This document shows positions 9,953 to 22,124 of a DNA stretch of 61,808 bases, piece by piece. This stretch comes from Chiloscyllium plagiosum. Taxonomy: Eukaryota. The notes below the pieces were generated by a model that saw only the letters and a program-made list of their open reading frames with translations, was not told the DNA's origin and did no database searches. The translations under genes were made by a program, and so were the position numbers. The stretch is from assembly GCF_004010195.1 (NCBI RefSeq), contig NC_057718.1:23073533-23135340 (forward strand), read 5' to 3'. Positions within the stretch are counted from its first letter, which is position 1; every line of letters starts with the position of its first letter.

Positions 9953-12900
9953 ACCTTAAGACTATAGGGAGCAGAATTAAATCAATCAGACATTTGTGTC
10001 TGTTCCACTACTCGATCATCATTGAAATGTTTCTAAACCCTACTCTCCTGCTTTCTCCCTGCAACCCTTGATCCCCTGAATAATCAGAATCGATCTATCT
10101 TTTCTTAAATGCACTCAAAGACTTGGCCTCCACAGATTCTGCGGCTTAAGTCCTACTGATTAACCACCCTCTGACTGAAGAAATTCCTCCTCATCTCAGT
10201 TTTCAGGATCATCCCTTCACTCTGAGGCTGTGCCCTCGGGTCCTCATGTCTTGTACCAGTGGAAACATCTTTAACATGTTCACTCAATCCAGACCTATCA
10301 ATATTCTGTAAATTACAAAGAGATCCCCCTTTATCCTCATAGACCCATTGAGTACAGAAACAGAGACTTCAACCGTTCTTCTTATGACAAGCCCTTCATC
10401 CCAGGATCTTTCTTGTAAACCTCCTCTGGAATTCCCTCCAATACCAGCACATCTTTCCTTAGATATGGGACCAAAATTTCTTACAATATTCCAAATGTAG
10501 TTTGACCAGAGCCTTATACAGCCTCAGCAGTCCATTCCTTCTCTTGTATTCAAGCCCTCTTGAAATGAATGCTAATGTCACATTTACCTTCTTAACTGAC
10601 AACTGAACCGGTATGTTAACCTAAAGAGAATCTTGAAGTAGGACTCTTAAGTCCTTTTGAGCTTCAGATTTCCAAAGCTTTCAGAAAATAATGTATGCCT
10701 CTTTTCTTCTTAACAAAGTGCATTACCTCATACTTTCCCACATTGTATTCCATCTGCCACTTCCTTGCCCATTCTCCCAGCCTGTCTAAACCCTCTGCAG
10801 CCTCCCAGCTACATCAACACTACCTGTCCCTCCACTTGTCTTTGAATTATTTGCAAACTTATAACAACACCCTCAATTCCTTTGTCCAAATTGTTAATTT
10901 ATAACATATATAATTGTCATCTCAGCACTGACTCTTGCAGAACTCCAGTCATCACCGACTGCCATCCTGAAAAAGACCCCTTTATCCCCACTCTCTGATA
11001 TCTGCCAGTCAGTCAATCCTCTATCCATTCCAGTAGCTATGCTCTTACTATTGTAAGCTCAAAAGGACTTAAGAGTCCTACTTCAAGATTCTCTTTAGGT
11101 TAACATACCGGTTCAGTTGTCAGTTAAGAAGGTAAATGCGACATTAGCATTCATTTCAAGAGGGCTTGAATTGTGGGTTCTTACCTTTAGCAGCCCCCTG
11201 CACACCAATCTATTGAAATGCTTTCTGGAAAACTAAATAGAACATGTCCACTGACTCTCCTTCATCTAACTTGCTCATTACCTCCGCAAGGAATTCTAAC
11301 ATATTTGTCAGGCTTGACAAAGCCATGCTGCATCCATTTATTTTACCATATACTTCAAAATGCTCTGAAATCTTATCCTTAATAATGGACTCTAAGATCT
11401 TACCAATGGCTGAGGTCAGGCTAACCAACCTGTAGTTCCTGTCTTCTGCCTCCCTCCTTTCTTAAACAGCAGTGTTACATTAGCCATTTTCCAATCCCCT
11501 GTGGTCCTCTCTGACTCCAGTGATTCTTGAAAGATCACCACTAATGCTTCTACAATCTCTTTATCTATCTCTTTCAGAACTCTGGGGTGTAGTTCATCTG
11601 ATCTGGGTGATGTATCCACCTTCAGACCGTTCAGCTTCCCCAGCACCTTCTCCTTAATGATGGCCATTACACTCACTTCTGTCCCCTGACTCTCTTGAAG
11701 TTCTGGTTTGCTGCTGGTGTCTTCCACTGTGAAAACTGATGCAAAGGATCTATTCGGATCCTCAGCCATTTCTTTGTTACCTGTAACTACATCCCCAGCC
11801 TCGTTTTTCAGTGGCTCTACACTTACTTTTGCCTCTCTTTTATAAATCCAAAAAATCTCTTGCAATCTTGTGTTATACTAGCTAGCTTACCCTCATATTC
11901 CACCTTCTCCACTCCATTTTTTTTTTGGTTACTCTCTACTGGCTTTTAAAGACTCCAAATCCTCTGGCATCCTCCTAATGTTCACCCCATTGTATGCTTC
12001 TTCTTAAGCTTTCCCTCTATCCCCGACTTATCTTGTCAGAAATGTATCCTCCCCTTAGTATGTCTTTTTTTTTCTGCTGTGCATCCTGAAATTATCCCCA
12101 GAAATTCCTGTCATTCCTACTTCACCATCTTCCCTGCTTGGCTCCCCTTTCAATCAACTCAGACCAGCTTCTCCCTCGGGTCTCTGTTGTTACCTTTATT
12201 CAACTGTAATAGCGTTTTATCTGAATCCAGCTTCTCCTCTCAAACTGCAGGGTGAATTTTATCATATTAAGGTCACTACTCCCCCAAGGGGATCCTTCAC
12301 CTTGAAGCTCCCTATTCAACTCTGCCTCATTACACATCACTGAATCCACAATTGTCTGTTCCTTAGTGGGCTCTACCACAAGCTGCTTTCACATCTTGTA
12401 GAAATTCCACAAATTCTTTTGTTGAATCTGGTACCAATCTGATTTTTCCAGTCCACCTGCATATTGAAGCCCCCATGGTTATTGTAATAGTGCCTTTCTT
12501 ACAAGTCTTTTCAATCTTTTCTTCCCCACATCCCGATGACTGTTAGGAGACTTGGACACCACTCCCATTAGGGTCTTTTTATCTTTGTGATTCCTCAACT
12601 TTACAGATTCTCAGGCTTCTCACTCTGTATTACTTCTTGCTATTGATTTAATTTAATTTCTTATTAACAAGGCACCCACATTCTTTGTCCATCTGCCTTT
12701 CGAATGGACATGTACCCTTGGATATGTTGTTCCCCTTGCAACTACATCTTTGTGATAGTCACGTTATTCCTGCCAATTTCAATCAGCGCTACAAGTTCAT
12801 TGACCTTGCTTTGTATACTGCATGGATTTCAGGACAACACGCTCCGTCCTGTATTAACTGCTGCCTTCTCGTCATCATCCCCATTTCTGCTCTGTCTGAA

Positions 12901-13560
12901 ATTAGATTCCTGACCCTTTCCACGTTCCCTGTCCTATTACTTGTTCTGGATAATAACTCCTGGTTATTAACTTCTGTTGAACCCTCCTGACCTTTAATGT
13001 TCTCCATGTGACAGAACCCACCCACCCACCACAAATACTATTTAGTTTAAAGCCCTATCCGCAGCCCTCGTCATGATTTGCAAGGACTCTGATCCCAGCG
13101 CGATTCATGTAGATCCCATCCCATCGGAATAGCTCCCTCCTTCCCCAGTCCCAATGTCCCATGAATTTGAACCTGTTTCTCCCAAACCAATATTTGAACC
13201 ACACATTTACCTCTTTAATCTTGTTGATCCTGTGCTAATTGCCTCAGGTAGTAATCCAGAGATTATTACCTTTTTTCTTCTGCTCTTTAATTTAGCCCCT
13301 AGCTGCTCATATTCCTTTAGCAGAACCTCTTTCCTCCTCCTAACTATATTGTTGAAACCTACCTGGACCACAACAACTGGATCTTTCTCCTCTCACTCCA
13401 AATTTCTTGCACCCCAGATGAGATATCCTGGACCTAGACAACACAGCCTTCAGGACTCTCAATCCTGACCATAGAAAACAAAGTTTATTCCCCTGACTAT
13501 ACAATCCCTGATTACAAGTAGATTTTTCTTTCCTCTGTGCTCTAGAATGGCTCCCTCTAC
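9953..13560 (-). mobile_element. Near full-length decayed CR1 LINE (ORF1 esterase-like region, ORF2 APE and RT, 3' UTR)
   Basis: ORF2 motifs WKMANVTLLFKKGGRQK and VDMFYLVFQKAF; ORF1 motif DPVVVVQVGFNNIV..KEVLLKEYEQLGAKLKSR..KVIISGLLPE near 13240-13390; CR1 3' end near 9960-10030. Confidence 0.9.
11055..11171. repeat. 117-bp inverted copy of 10548..10664 inside the same CR1
   Basis: The reverse complement matches 10548..10664 with one mismatch (A10580). Confidence 0.95.
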
Positions 13561-13949
13561 CACAGTGCTGTGGTCATCCTTCCCCAATTTAATACTCACT
13601 GAGGTTGTGGCTCAGCTTAGATGTGATCCCTCCTTCCTGATGGTATGAAGCTTACTGATCTAGAAATATCAACATATCTGTGAGATAAAGGGAGCATTTT
13701 CCAGCTTTGAAAGCATGTAGAATGCTGAAAGTGGGAGAAAGGCCACTTTCAGAATTTTAAAGCTTGACTCATGAATGGTCAATCAGAGCAAACACTCCCT
13801 GTGTGGATCAGGCTTGACCCAAAATGGGTTACATTCCATATTGACCTGTGTCGAAAATTCAGAAGAAAAATGTTTCTTTTGCTCATTCATGGATGCAACG
13901 TTTATTGTGCATCCTCTTTGCCCTTGAGAAGGTAACAGTAACCTTAACA

Positions 13950-14260
13950 ATGGGTTGTTTCCCCTTGTGAGAGAGTCAAGGCCCAAAGGGCATAATCTCA
14001 GAAACAGGGCTCGGGCATTTGAGACAGGAGTGAGGAAGAATTTCTTTTCTCAGAGGGTGGTGAGTTTGTGAAATTCATTACCACAGAGAACTGTAAAGGC
14101 TAGGATATTAAGTGTATTCAAGGCTGAGATGGACACATTTTTGATTAGTCAGGGAATCAGGGAATATGGGAAAAGGCAGGAAAATGGAATTGATGGTTAT
14201 CAGATTAGTCACAAAGTCATTGAAATACAGAGTAGGTTTGATAGGATGAATGGCCTACTT
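13950..14260 (+). mobile_element. CR1 3' fragment
   Basis: FPLVRESRPKGHNLR...RKNFFSQRVVSL; ends GAATGGCCTACTT. Confidence 0.85.
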
Positions 14261-14478
14261 AGAGTCATAGAGATTTAGAAATGTATAGCAGGGAAACAGA
14301 CCCATCAGTCTAACTCATCCATGCTGACCAGGTATCCTAACCTAATTAGTCCCATTTGCCAGCACTCTGCCCATATCCCTCTAAATGCTTTTTATTTTTA
14401 TATCCATCCAGATACCTTTTAAATGCTGCAATTGTACCAGCCTCCACCACTTCCTCTGGCAGCTCATTCCAACATCTC
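14261..14478 (-). mobile_element. CR1 3' end (HER1-like), tail-to-tail with the previous copy
   Basis: WNELPEEVVEAGTIAAFKRYLDGY on the minus strand; tail AGAGTCATAGAG. Confidence 0.9.
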
Positions 14479-14557
14479 ATGAACTTATGGCTAGGCCAGT
14501 CCAGAGGGAAGTTAAGAGCCAACCAAATTTCTGAGGATATAGACCAGGGCATTAGGA

Positions 14558-14651
14558 GTTCTGATAAGGGGTCACTGGACCTGAACCATTGACTCTGCTT
14601 TTTGTTCCACAGATGCGGCCAGATCTGTTGAGTTTCTCCAGCAACTTCTGT
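14558..14651 (+). mobile_element. PLE pseudo-LTR (family C) with decayed hammerhead core; partial relatives at about 17340..17422 (-) and 30960..31048 (+)
   Basis: TTCTGATAAGGGGTCACTGGACCTGAACCATTGACTCTG...CACAGATGCGGCCAGATCTGTTGAGTTTCTCCAGCA shares the GATGCTGCC.GACCTGCTG block with family A. Confidence 0.55.
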
Positions 14652-15014
14652 AGATATGTCCAATTTATTTTTCTAAGAACATGAGTGAACCAGATTTTCT
14701 AATGAGAATTCAGTCATTTCATGGCCAGCATTATTATTAGTATTTTATTATTTTACTTGTATGTCATTTTTTTCAGATTTATTTTAAAAAATGAATTTAA
14801 ATGTCCTGGGTCCTGTTTTGGGATTTGAAATCATGTCCCTGGATAATAACTCCTGGTTGTTGGGTTATTAGTCTCATAACATAGCCATGTCGATACTTCA
14901 GTGATGAGTGCTCTTTTTCATTCTTTCTGAAACCGTCTTTCTGAACAATAACTTTACTCAAATCTTTTCACTAGCTCACCTGGCAATGGGCAGGCAACAC
15001 AAACTAATGCATAA

Positions 15015-15345
15015 ATTTGGAGCAAAAATAGGCCACTTGGCTTTTCAAGCCCGTTCCGCCATTCCATGGTTGACCTATTTGCGGTTGGCACTCCATTCCC
15101 ATCTGCCTTTCTTAACTGTTGATTCCTTTGCCTAACAGGAATCTATTTGAGTTGGCCTTAATAATATCCAATGACCCAATCTCCTCCCCTTTCTGAGGCA
15201 GAGTGACCCAAAGTAGCACACTCTCTGAAAGAAAGAACTTCTCCTCATCTCTGTCCTGAAAGAAGAAACAAATTTTCCACTTGTACCTTGTCAATACCAT
15301 TCATTCAGGACCTTATATAAACGCTTACTCTTCTAAACTCTAATG
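15015..15345 (-). mobile_element. Old CR1 3' fragment
   Basis: Minus frame RDEEKFFLSESV..WVTLPQK..IGSLDIIKA resembles the CR1 ORF2 C-terminus. Confidence 0.7.
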
Positions 15346-15559
15346 CCTCACGCTCATAATCAAAACCACTAAGTCAGAAGAACATTCTGGGGACCTCAGA
15401 AGCAGATTTTAATCTTCGAACTCAAAAGTGTTTCTTAAAGTACTGATAGATTATTAGAAATGATAGTTAGAAATCTGACATATTGTTCTGGGAGTCTCCC
15501 ATCTGCCAAAACCGAGAGTGGGTGGTAGATTGAATAGAGCGGCATGCCTTTGTTTAGCC

Positions 15560-16175
15560 CATTTGTTATCCCATCCCTCGCAGAGGAGGATGACTCTCTT
15601 CCACTCTCAGGGTGAGTCCATAGGTAGCTGTATAGAGCAATGGGGCTACTGTAGGCTGTTACATTTGGGGCAGAAGGTGGTCATAGGAAGGGCTGTGTGG
15701 GGTATGGGTGTGGTAGTGTGCTTCTTGTGCTGTTTTCTCCGGGCTTCCACTTTTTCACAACAGCGAATCTTGAGGTGCTCAATGCCTTCCCAGATGTGCC
15801 TCCTCCCACTTTGTAAAGTCTTGGGCCAGTAATTCCCAGGTGTCAGTGGGAATGCTGCACTTCACCAGTGAGACCTTGAGGGTATCCCTGAAGCGTTTCC
15901 CCTGTCCACCTGGTGCTCACCTGCTGTGTTGGAACACCTGCTTGGGGAGTCTCGTGTCTTTCATGTGGACAACTTGCCCAGCCCATTGCAGCTGATCAAG
16001 GGGGGTCTCAGTGCTTGATGTTGGGGATGTTAGTCTGGTTGAGGATGCTAGTGTTGGTATGCCTGTCTTCCCAGCAGATTCACAGGACCTTGCACAGGCA
16101 GCATTGATGGGACTGCTCCATCGCCTTCAAGTGTCTGCTATAAACAGTCCACATCTCAGAGTCATACAGAAGAGC
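15560..16175 (-). mobile_element. RTE-clade LINE 3' fragment
   Basis: Minus translation APGGQGKRFRDTLKVSLVKCSIPTDTWELLAQD...IWEGIEHL is a typical RTE C-terminus. Confidence 0.8.
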
Positions 16176-18213
16176 AGGAACCATCACCAACAGGCTAAAC
16201 AAAGACATTCTGATCTATTCAATTTTCCTCCCATCTTAGGTTGTAGTAGATAAGTGACTCCTAGCACAGTATGTCAGATTGCTAATAATCAAATGTTTAA
16301 TAATGAATTGTTCTTCATTAAATCACGAGTTTAATAGCTGGAACTCAGACTGGGACCCATTCACATTCTACAGGCAAAGCATTGCTGCTATAAATTTATG
16401 TTTCCTCTTAACTCACCATGGGGATATCTGTTGCTCTATTTTAATAGCCAGGTAGGATTATCATCAGCAACTGGTAGATGAATCCAAGCAGCAGCAACTA
16501 TCCATACCAATTAGCCCCTGGAAATGCAAACAGCACTCCCCATGATTTATTTCCACAGTGCCAAGCTGAAAGAATGATGGCTGGATTCAACATTAAAATG
16601 CTATCTAAAGTCAAATCAAAATATATACACAATGGAAATGTTGGTGATTGAGGAGTATATTGGTTGAGAAAATTGACTTGTTAGTGCTGTAAAATAGTTA
16701 GAAATGCAATTAAAATACCCAACCAACAGGCAAATCTCAGAAGCAATGTTACAGTAAGTCCTGTGCTATTGTTTTTTAATCGCCTGACTTCATATCTGAA
16801 TGGATAAACAGAGAAACTGTGTTGCATTCCGTGAACAAATTATGGTCAAATCTCAGCCAAAAGAAAAATTAGTACAACATTGAGGCTATTACAATCATTA
16901 AGTACAAGGGAATATTTCCATACCTTATTTTCTAATTGTACAGGTAAAATAATAATACCTTCGAACAGTCTTAAATATGATGCAGGAAGTGATTAAGTCT
17001 CTGTAGGGTCATAGGTAGTTGCCAGAAGCTCAGAAGATGAAGCAAATTGTTGAATGGATGGCCAGGTTCCCATGAATTCCTTGAGGTTTTAGAGACTTAC
17101 AACACATCTAGACACCTATTATGTGACAATTACTGCTTCTCAAAAATACCATTATATACTTCGTAATGCACATACTTTCAAAATACATAGTGCAAGGATT
17201 CTGGCAGTGGTAAAAACAAGTCCACTCGGCAGATCATCAGCTATTTTATTGAATCAATACTTGGAAAAAATCAGGACAGGCATCTATGACATTCTGTAAA
17301 ATGCAATATATTAGAAGGTAATGAAAATTAAAATAAAAATTGAGGTAAAGTACTGTGGATGTTAGAGATCTAAAACAAAAAAAAGCAGAAAGTGCTGGGA
17401 ACCTCAGCACTCTGGCAGTATCTTGGACTTTCTATTTTTATTGATTAAAATAGACATTGTTTCCTGTTGATAACATACTGCCACACAACTTTGGTATCAA
17501 AATGTGCGACAGAATTTGGATACCGTTATTGACTATTCACTTAGTTACATCTTAGACATGTTTGTTTACTATAAAAGTAACTTATATTTAGATAGCACTT
17601 TTCAAATAATAAAACATTCTGAGGTGTTTTAAAGGAGCAGCACAGAAGAAAGAATAATACTGAGCCAATGAAAAGATATTAAATCAGATTACCAAACACT
17701 TGGTCTGCGAGGGAGGTTAAAAGGAGAGGTTTAAAGAAAGTAAGTGAAATGAAGGGATGGGGGAAGGGTCTTCCAGAGTGTTTGGCCTGGGCAACTGAAG
17801 GTGTGGCCTGCAAATGTGTAACAGGGTGTTGTCAGTGTGCATGTGAAACCTAACCCCATACTTTCAGCATAGAGAAATATATGGGAGGCAAGGATACAAG
17901 AGGTAATTGCACAGGCAGAGAAGCCATTGGAAATGATTCTTTTACAGGTAAGAGCAGTCCCACACAACTGAGAGACAGTGAAGGACATCGGAGAAAGATA
18001 GTGGAGTCAACCAATGTCAAAAGCTGCACACAGATTGTGAAGGATGAGGTTGGAGAGTTTAACTTCATCACAGTCAAAGAGGATGTTGCATGGAGTTGTG
18101 ATGAGAACTATTTCTACATCATGGCTTGGTTGGAATCCTGGTTGGAGAGAGTCAGACAAGAGTCTCATGGAGAAAAAGGAAATGAATTTGAAAAATGACA
18201 CCGTTATTAGACT

Positions 18214-18346
18214 AGGTAAAAACAAGGACTGCAGATGCTGGAAACTAGGGTGTGGATTAGAGTGGTGCTGGAAAAGCACAGCAGGTCAGGCATCATCCGA
18301 GGAGCAGGAAAATCGACGTTTCGGGCAAAAGCCCTTCATCAGGAAT
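18214..18346 (-). mobile_element. PLE family A solo pseudo-LTR with 11-bp TSD (one mismatch)
   Basis: TSD GTTATTAGACT (18203..18213) and GTTGTTAGACT (18347..18357). Confidence 0.85.
18311..18346 (-). ncRNA. Minimal hammerhead ribozyme motif, intact core
   Basis: ATTC-CTGATGA-A-GGGC-TTTT-GCCC-GAAA-CGTC-GATT; palindromic ACGT and GUC triplet; helix I is weak. Confidence 0.75.
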
Positions 18347-19734
18347 GTTGTTAGACTGATGAATGGACTCTCTAATTTCAAATAATGCTGATCTTGTCTA
18401 GAATCCGTACTGTGTGGTGTAACTTGTATGCCTTACTGTGTCCAATTTTTTTTTCATCCTATAACCTGTATGTCCTTGCTTACTTTGACCTGTCTGTACT
18501 GCTCCAAACAAAAGTTTTTCACTGTACTTAGGTACATGTGACAATAAATCAAATTAATTCAAATCAAATCAAATGTGCTCAAGCACAAGAGGGAGGTTAG
18601 AGGTGGAGAATAGTTTGCAACATGTCAACTATTTGTATTTTGAGAAGAGAGTGATGACAGCAAATTAAATGAGAAAAAAGGCAACATCTGAAGAGAGAGA
18701 GAGAGAGAGAGATTTCCCATATTGACTAATATTGGGACCAGGATGGGAAGCTGAGCCATAAATCCAAAGAAGCTATTCTAATTTTCTGCATACTGACATC
18801 AAGTAAACTATTGAAATAATGACAACAGTTTGATATTAACAAATCAATTGACTGCAACAGATAAGCTATTTAGTTTTTTACAACCTCTGTTACTTCACAC
18901 TTCCCACTACTCATTTTATTACACTTTCAACTCCATTATTATCCCTACTTGTTATTTTTAGTGCTACCCACTCCATCCCTACTTCCTCTACTTCCTCTTC
19001 ATCCACTGTTGTTCATCTCATTTTAAACCTTCTATTCATTCCCAACATCCCCTGCTCTCTGCTAGCAGATATCAAGTGATTGGTTGGGCCTTCACCTCTT
19101 ATCAATTTACTCCCCCACTTACTCTTCCATTCGTCTTAAAAGGCCTTCATTTGTAATGGTGTTGAAAAAAACATCAACATTTCTATTTGTTTATCTTTTA
19201 TTTTCTGCTTCTGAGTTTCTTCCTCTGATAGGTGTTAGCAATTAGAATGTCTGGTCACAGTTTCTAACTACCAGCTGCTGACCTTCCCTAATGAGTCAAC
19301 ACATTACTGTAAAGTTACTTAGTTAACTCTAAAGTGAAGCTGGTGCTTAGGTTTAAATATCAAAATAATGTCACACGAGAAAGGAACATTTTTCCTTCCT
19401 TCATCTCCATCTCTTTTACTTTCAGAATTTGTTAGAACATATGGTGAGGTCAGTAACTTTTTGGCTTCAGATAAATGCCTCTCTATCACTTTTTTTTCTC
19501 CACAGTTTTCCAAAAAGGACACTTTTATAATTTGTTCTTCAGTTTTTTTTTTCAAAAGCTCCTTGGAAGCTAGATTAAAAATATAGCTCAATTGAATGAA
19601 CTAAACCGTACTGATGCATCCTGGGATATATAGCACTCTATGCCCATGCTCTGATTTACCACCACAAATTCAGTTTACAAACTGCATGCATCATATCTAA
19701 GCCCAGGATACTGTGAGAGGTTAAAGGCTTTAAG

Positions 19735-20885
19735 CAAGAAATCAAACAGACTGCTTTGACTTGGATGGTATTAAGCTTCTTGAATGTTGTTGGAGCTGTA
19801 CTCATCCAGGCAAATGGGAATATTCCATCACTCTGCTCATTTGTTCCTTATGGATGATGGACAGGCTATTCAGAGTCAGGAGGTGAATTAGTCATGACAG
19901 AATGCCTAGGCTCTGACCTGTCCTTGTAGCCACATTATTTATATTGCTGGTCCAATTGAGTTTCTGGTCAATGGTAAGCCTCAGGATGTTGATAGAAAAC
20001 ATTTGAGTTTAGGAAAAAATGGCCCATTGAGCTTGTTCTGCTCCATCATTCAAGATAATCATGGCTGGTGAAGAGATAGTGAGGGATTCAGTGATTGTTA
20101 TGACATTATATGTCAAGGGTCAATGATTAGATTCTCGTCTGTTGGAGGTGATCATTGCCTGACATTCGTGCAGTGTAGATATTTACTTGCCACTTATTAG
20201 CTTAAGCATGATGTTTTTTCCACATCTTGCTGCATATGGCCACAGACTGACTCAGTATTTGAGGAATCATGAATAGTGCAGAAAATTGTGCAATCATCAG
20301 AGAACATCAGTTTAAGGGAATACACGCAGTAAGTACTTCACTCAGAGGGTGGTGGGCGTATGGAACGCATTGCCAGCAGAGGTGGTAGTGGCAGGCACTG
20401 TAGATTCATTTAAGATGCATCTGGAAAAATGCATGAGTAGATGGGGAGCAGAGGAATACAGATGCTTAGGAATTGACCGACGGGTTTAGACAGTACACTT
20501 GGATCAGCTCAGGCTTGGAGGGCCAAAGGGCCTGTTCCTGGGCTGTAAACTTTCTTCTTCTTTGTTTTATCACCACTTCCGATCTTATGATAAAAGTAAG
20601 ATCATTAATGAAGCAGTTGAAGATGGCTGGACCTAGGAAACTACCCTGAGGAACTCCTGCATTGATGTCTTATTGATGAGACATCTGATCTCCAAAAGGC
20701 TCAAATATCTTAGATTGTGCTGGATATGACTCCAAAAAGGAGAAAATTATTCCTCAGGTTTCAACTGACTTCAGCATCGCTCGGGCTGCTGGATTTCACA
20801 CTCAGTCAAGTGGTGTCTTGATGTTAAATCAGTCTCTCTCATCTCAGTTCTGGACATCAGCGCTTTTGTCCAGGCTTGGATCAAG
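19735..20885 (-). mobile_element. Decayed CR1-group LINE (different family) RT C-terminal region
   Basis: AGVPQGSFLGPAIFNCFINDL at about 20600-20660 and ILRLTIDQKLNWTS on the minus strand. Confidence 0.8.
20311..20568 (+). mobile_element. CR1 3' fragment inserted in the previous LINE
   Basis: FTQRVVGVWNALPAEVVVAG; 3' end GGGCCAAAGGGCCTGTTCC with a TTC-rich tail. Confidence 0.85.
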
Positions 20886-21399
20886 TTGATGATAACTATT
20901 TCGAAGACTGAAAATACAAGTGACTATGTGGGGCAAGATACCTGACGAGAAATAAGTTTTGGAAAATACCGTGAAAGAATCGCAGGAACCCAAATCACCA
21001 GATTGTGGAACTTAATTACCACACTGTGATATCATCCTGTTGAGCTTTCAATAGAGCTGTGAACATGAGAAGTTACCATGGAGATATTGACATAGGTACA
21101 AAAGTGAGGTTGGGCTTTCCAGTTCTGGTCTGAAGTATTCCCAGAAATTGATCATGTGACATTTGATCAGAAGATCGTTCTTATTCTTTGTGAATGATAT
21201 TGTATTCACCTTAGTTGAGGCAGTTGGTTATCTTCAATGGTTAGTGTAAGATGCAGAATAATACCAAAGTTGCAGGATTAATCCCCCTACTGGATGTACT
21301 CGTTCAATGAAGCTTGTCTCCTTGCTGTGCCCATACATACAGAGCCTTGCCCCTCCTGCTTTATATTGGCAATTTTCTTTCTAATGCAAGGTGTTGCCT

Positions 21400-22124
21400 T
21401 AATGGTAAGTCCTAGGGAGTGTTGCTGAACAAAGAGACCTTCGAGTACAGGTTCATAGCTCCTTGAAAGTGGAGTCGCAGGTAAATAGGATAGTGAAGAA
21501 GGTGTTTGGTATGCTTTCCTTTATTGGTTAGGTCATGTTGCGGCTGTACAGGAGATTGATTAAGCCACTGTTGGAATATTGCATGCAATTCTGGTCTCCT
21601 TCTTATCAGAAACATGTTGTGAAACTTGAAAGGATTCAGAAAGGATTTACAAGGATGTTGCCGGGGTTGGAGGATTTGAGCTATAGGGAGAGGCTGAACA
21701 GACTGGGGCTGTTTTCCATGGAGCGTCAGAGGCTGAGAGGTGGCCTTATAAAGGTTTACAAAATTATGAGGGGCATGGGTAGGGTAAATAGGCAAAGTAT
21801 TTTCCCTGGGATCGGGGAGTCCAGAACGAGAGGGCATAGGTTTAGGGTGAGAGGGGAAAGATATAAAAGAGACCTTAGGGGCAACTTTTTCACATAGAGG
21901 GTGGTACGTGTATGGAATGAGCTGCCAGGGGAAGTGGTGGAGGCTGGTACAATTGCAACATTTTAGAGGCATTTGGATGTGTATGTGAATAGGAAGGGTT
22001 TGGAGGGATATGGACCGGGTGCTGGCAGGTGGGACTAGATTGGGTTGGGATATCTGGTCGGCATGGACGGGTTGGACCGAAGGGTCTGTTTCCACGCTGT
22101 ACATCTCTATGACTCTATGACTCT
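21400..22124 (+). mobile_element. 5'-truncated CR1 (HER1-like) with 16-bp TSD
   Basis: PLLEYCMQFWSPSY..LERIQKGFTRMLPGLE; (CTCTATGA)n tail; TSD ATGCAAGGTGTTGCCT at 21384..21399 and 22125..22140. Confidence 0.97.

Larger units (their letters stand above)
18200..18573 (+). mobile_element. Rex1-type LINE 3' end with (CAAAT)n tail
   Basis: GTTAGACTGATGAATGGACTCTC and ACATGTGACAATAAATCAAAT match the 3' end of the element at 45945..48693. Confidence 0.75.
17575..18760 (-). mobile_element. Decayed L2 LINE interrupted at about 18200..18573
   Basis: SLQPGFQPSHDVEIVL...LILHNLCAAFDI resembles L2 QSGFRP.HSTETAL...LLDLSAAFDT; L2-type 3' end near 17580-17640. Confidence 0.7.

Noticed and set aside
21412..22104. 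230-aa minus-strand ORF
   Set aside because: Antisense of the CR1 3' region; the same peptide recurs at other CR1 copies.
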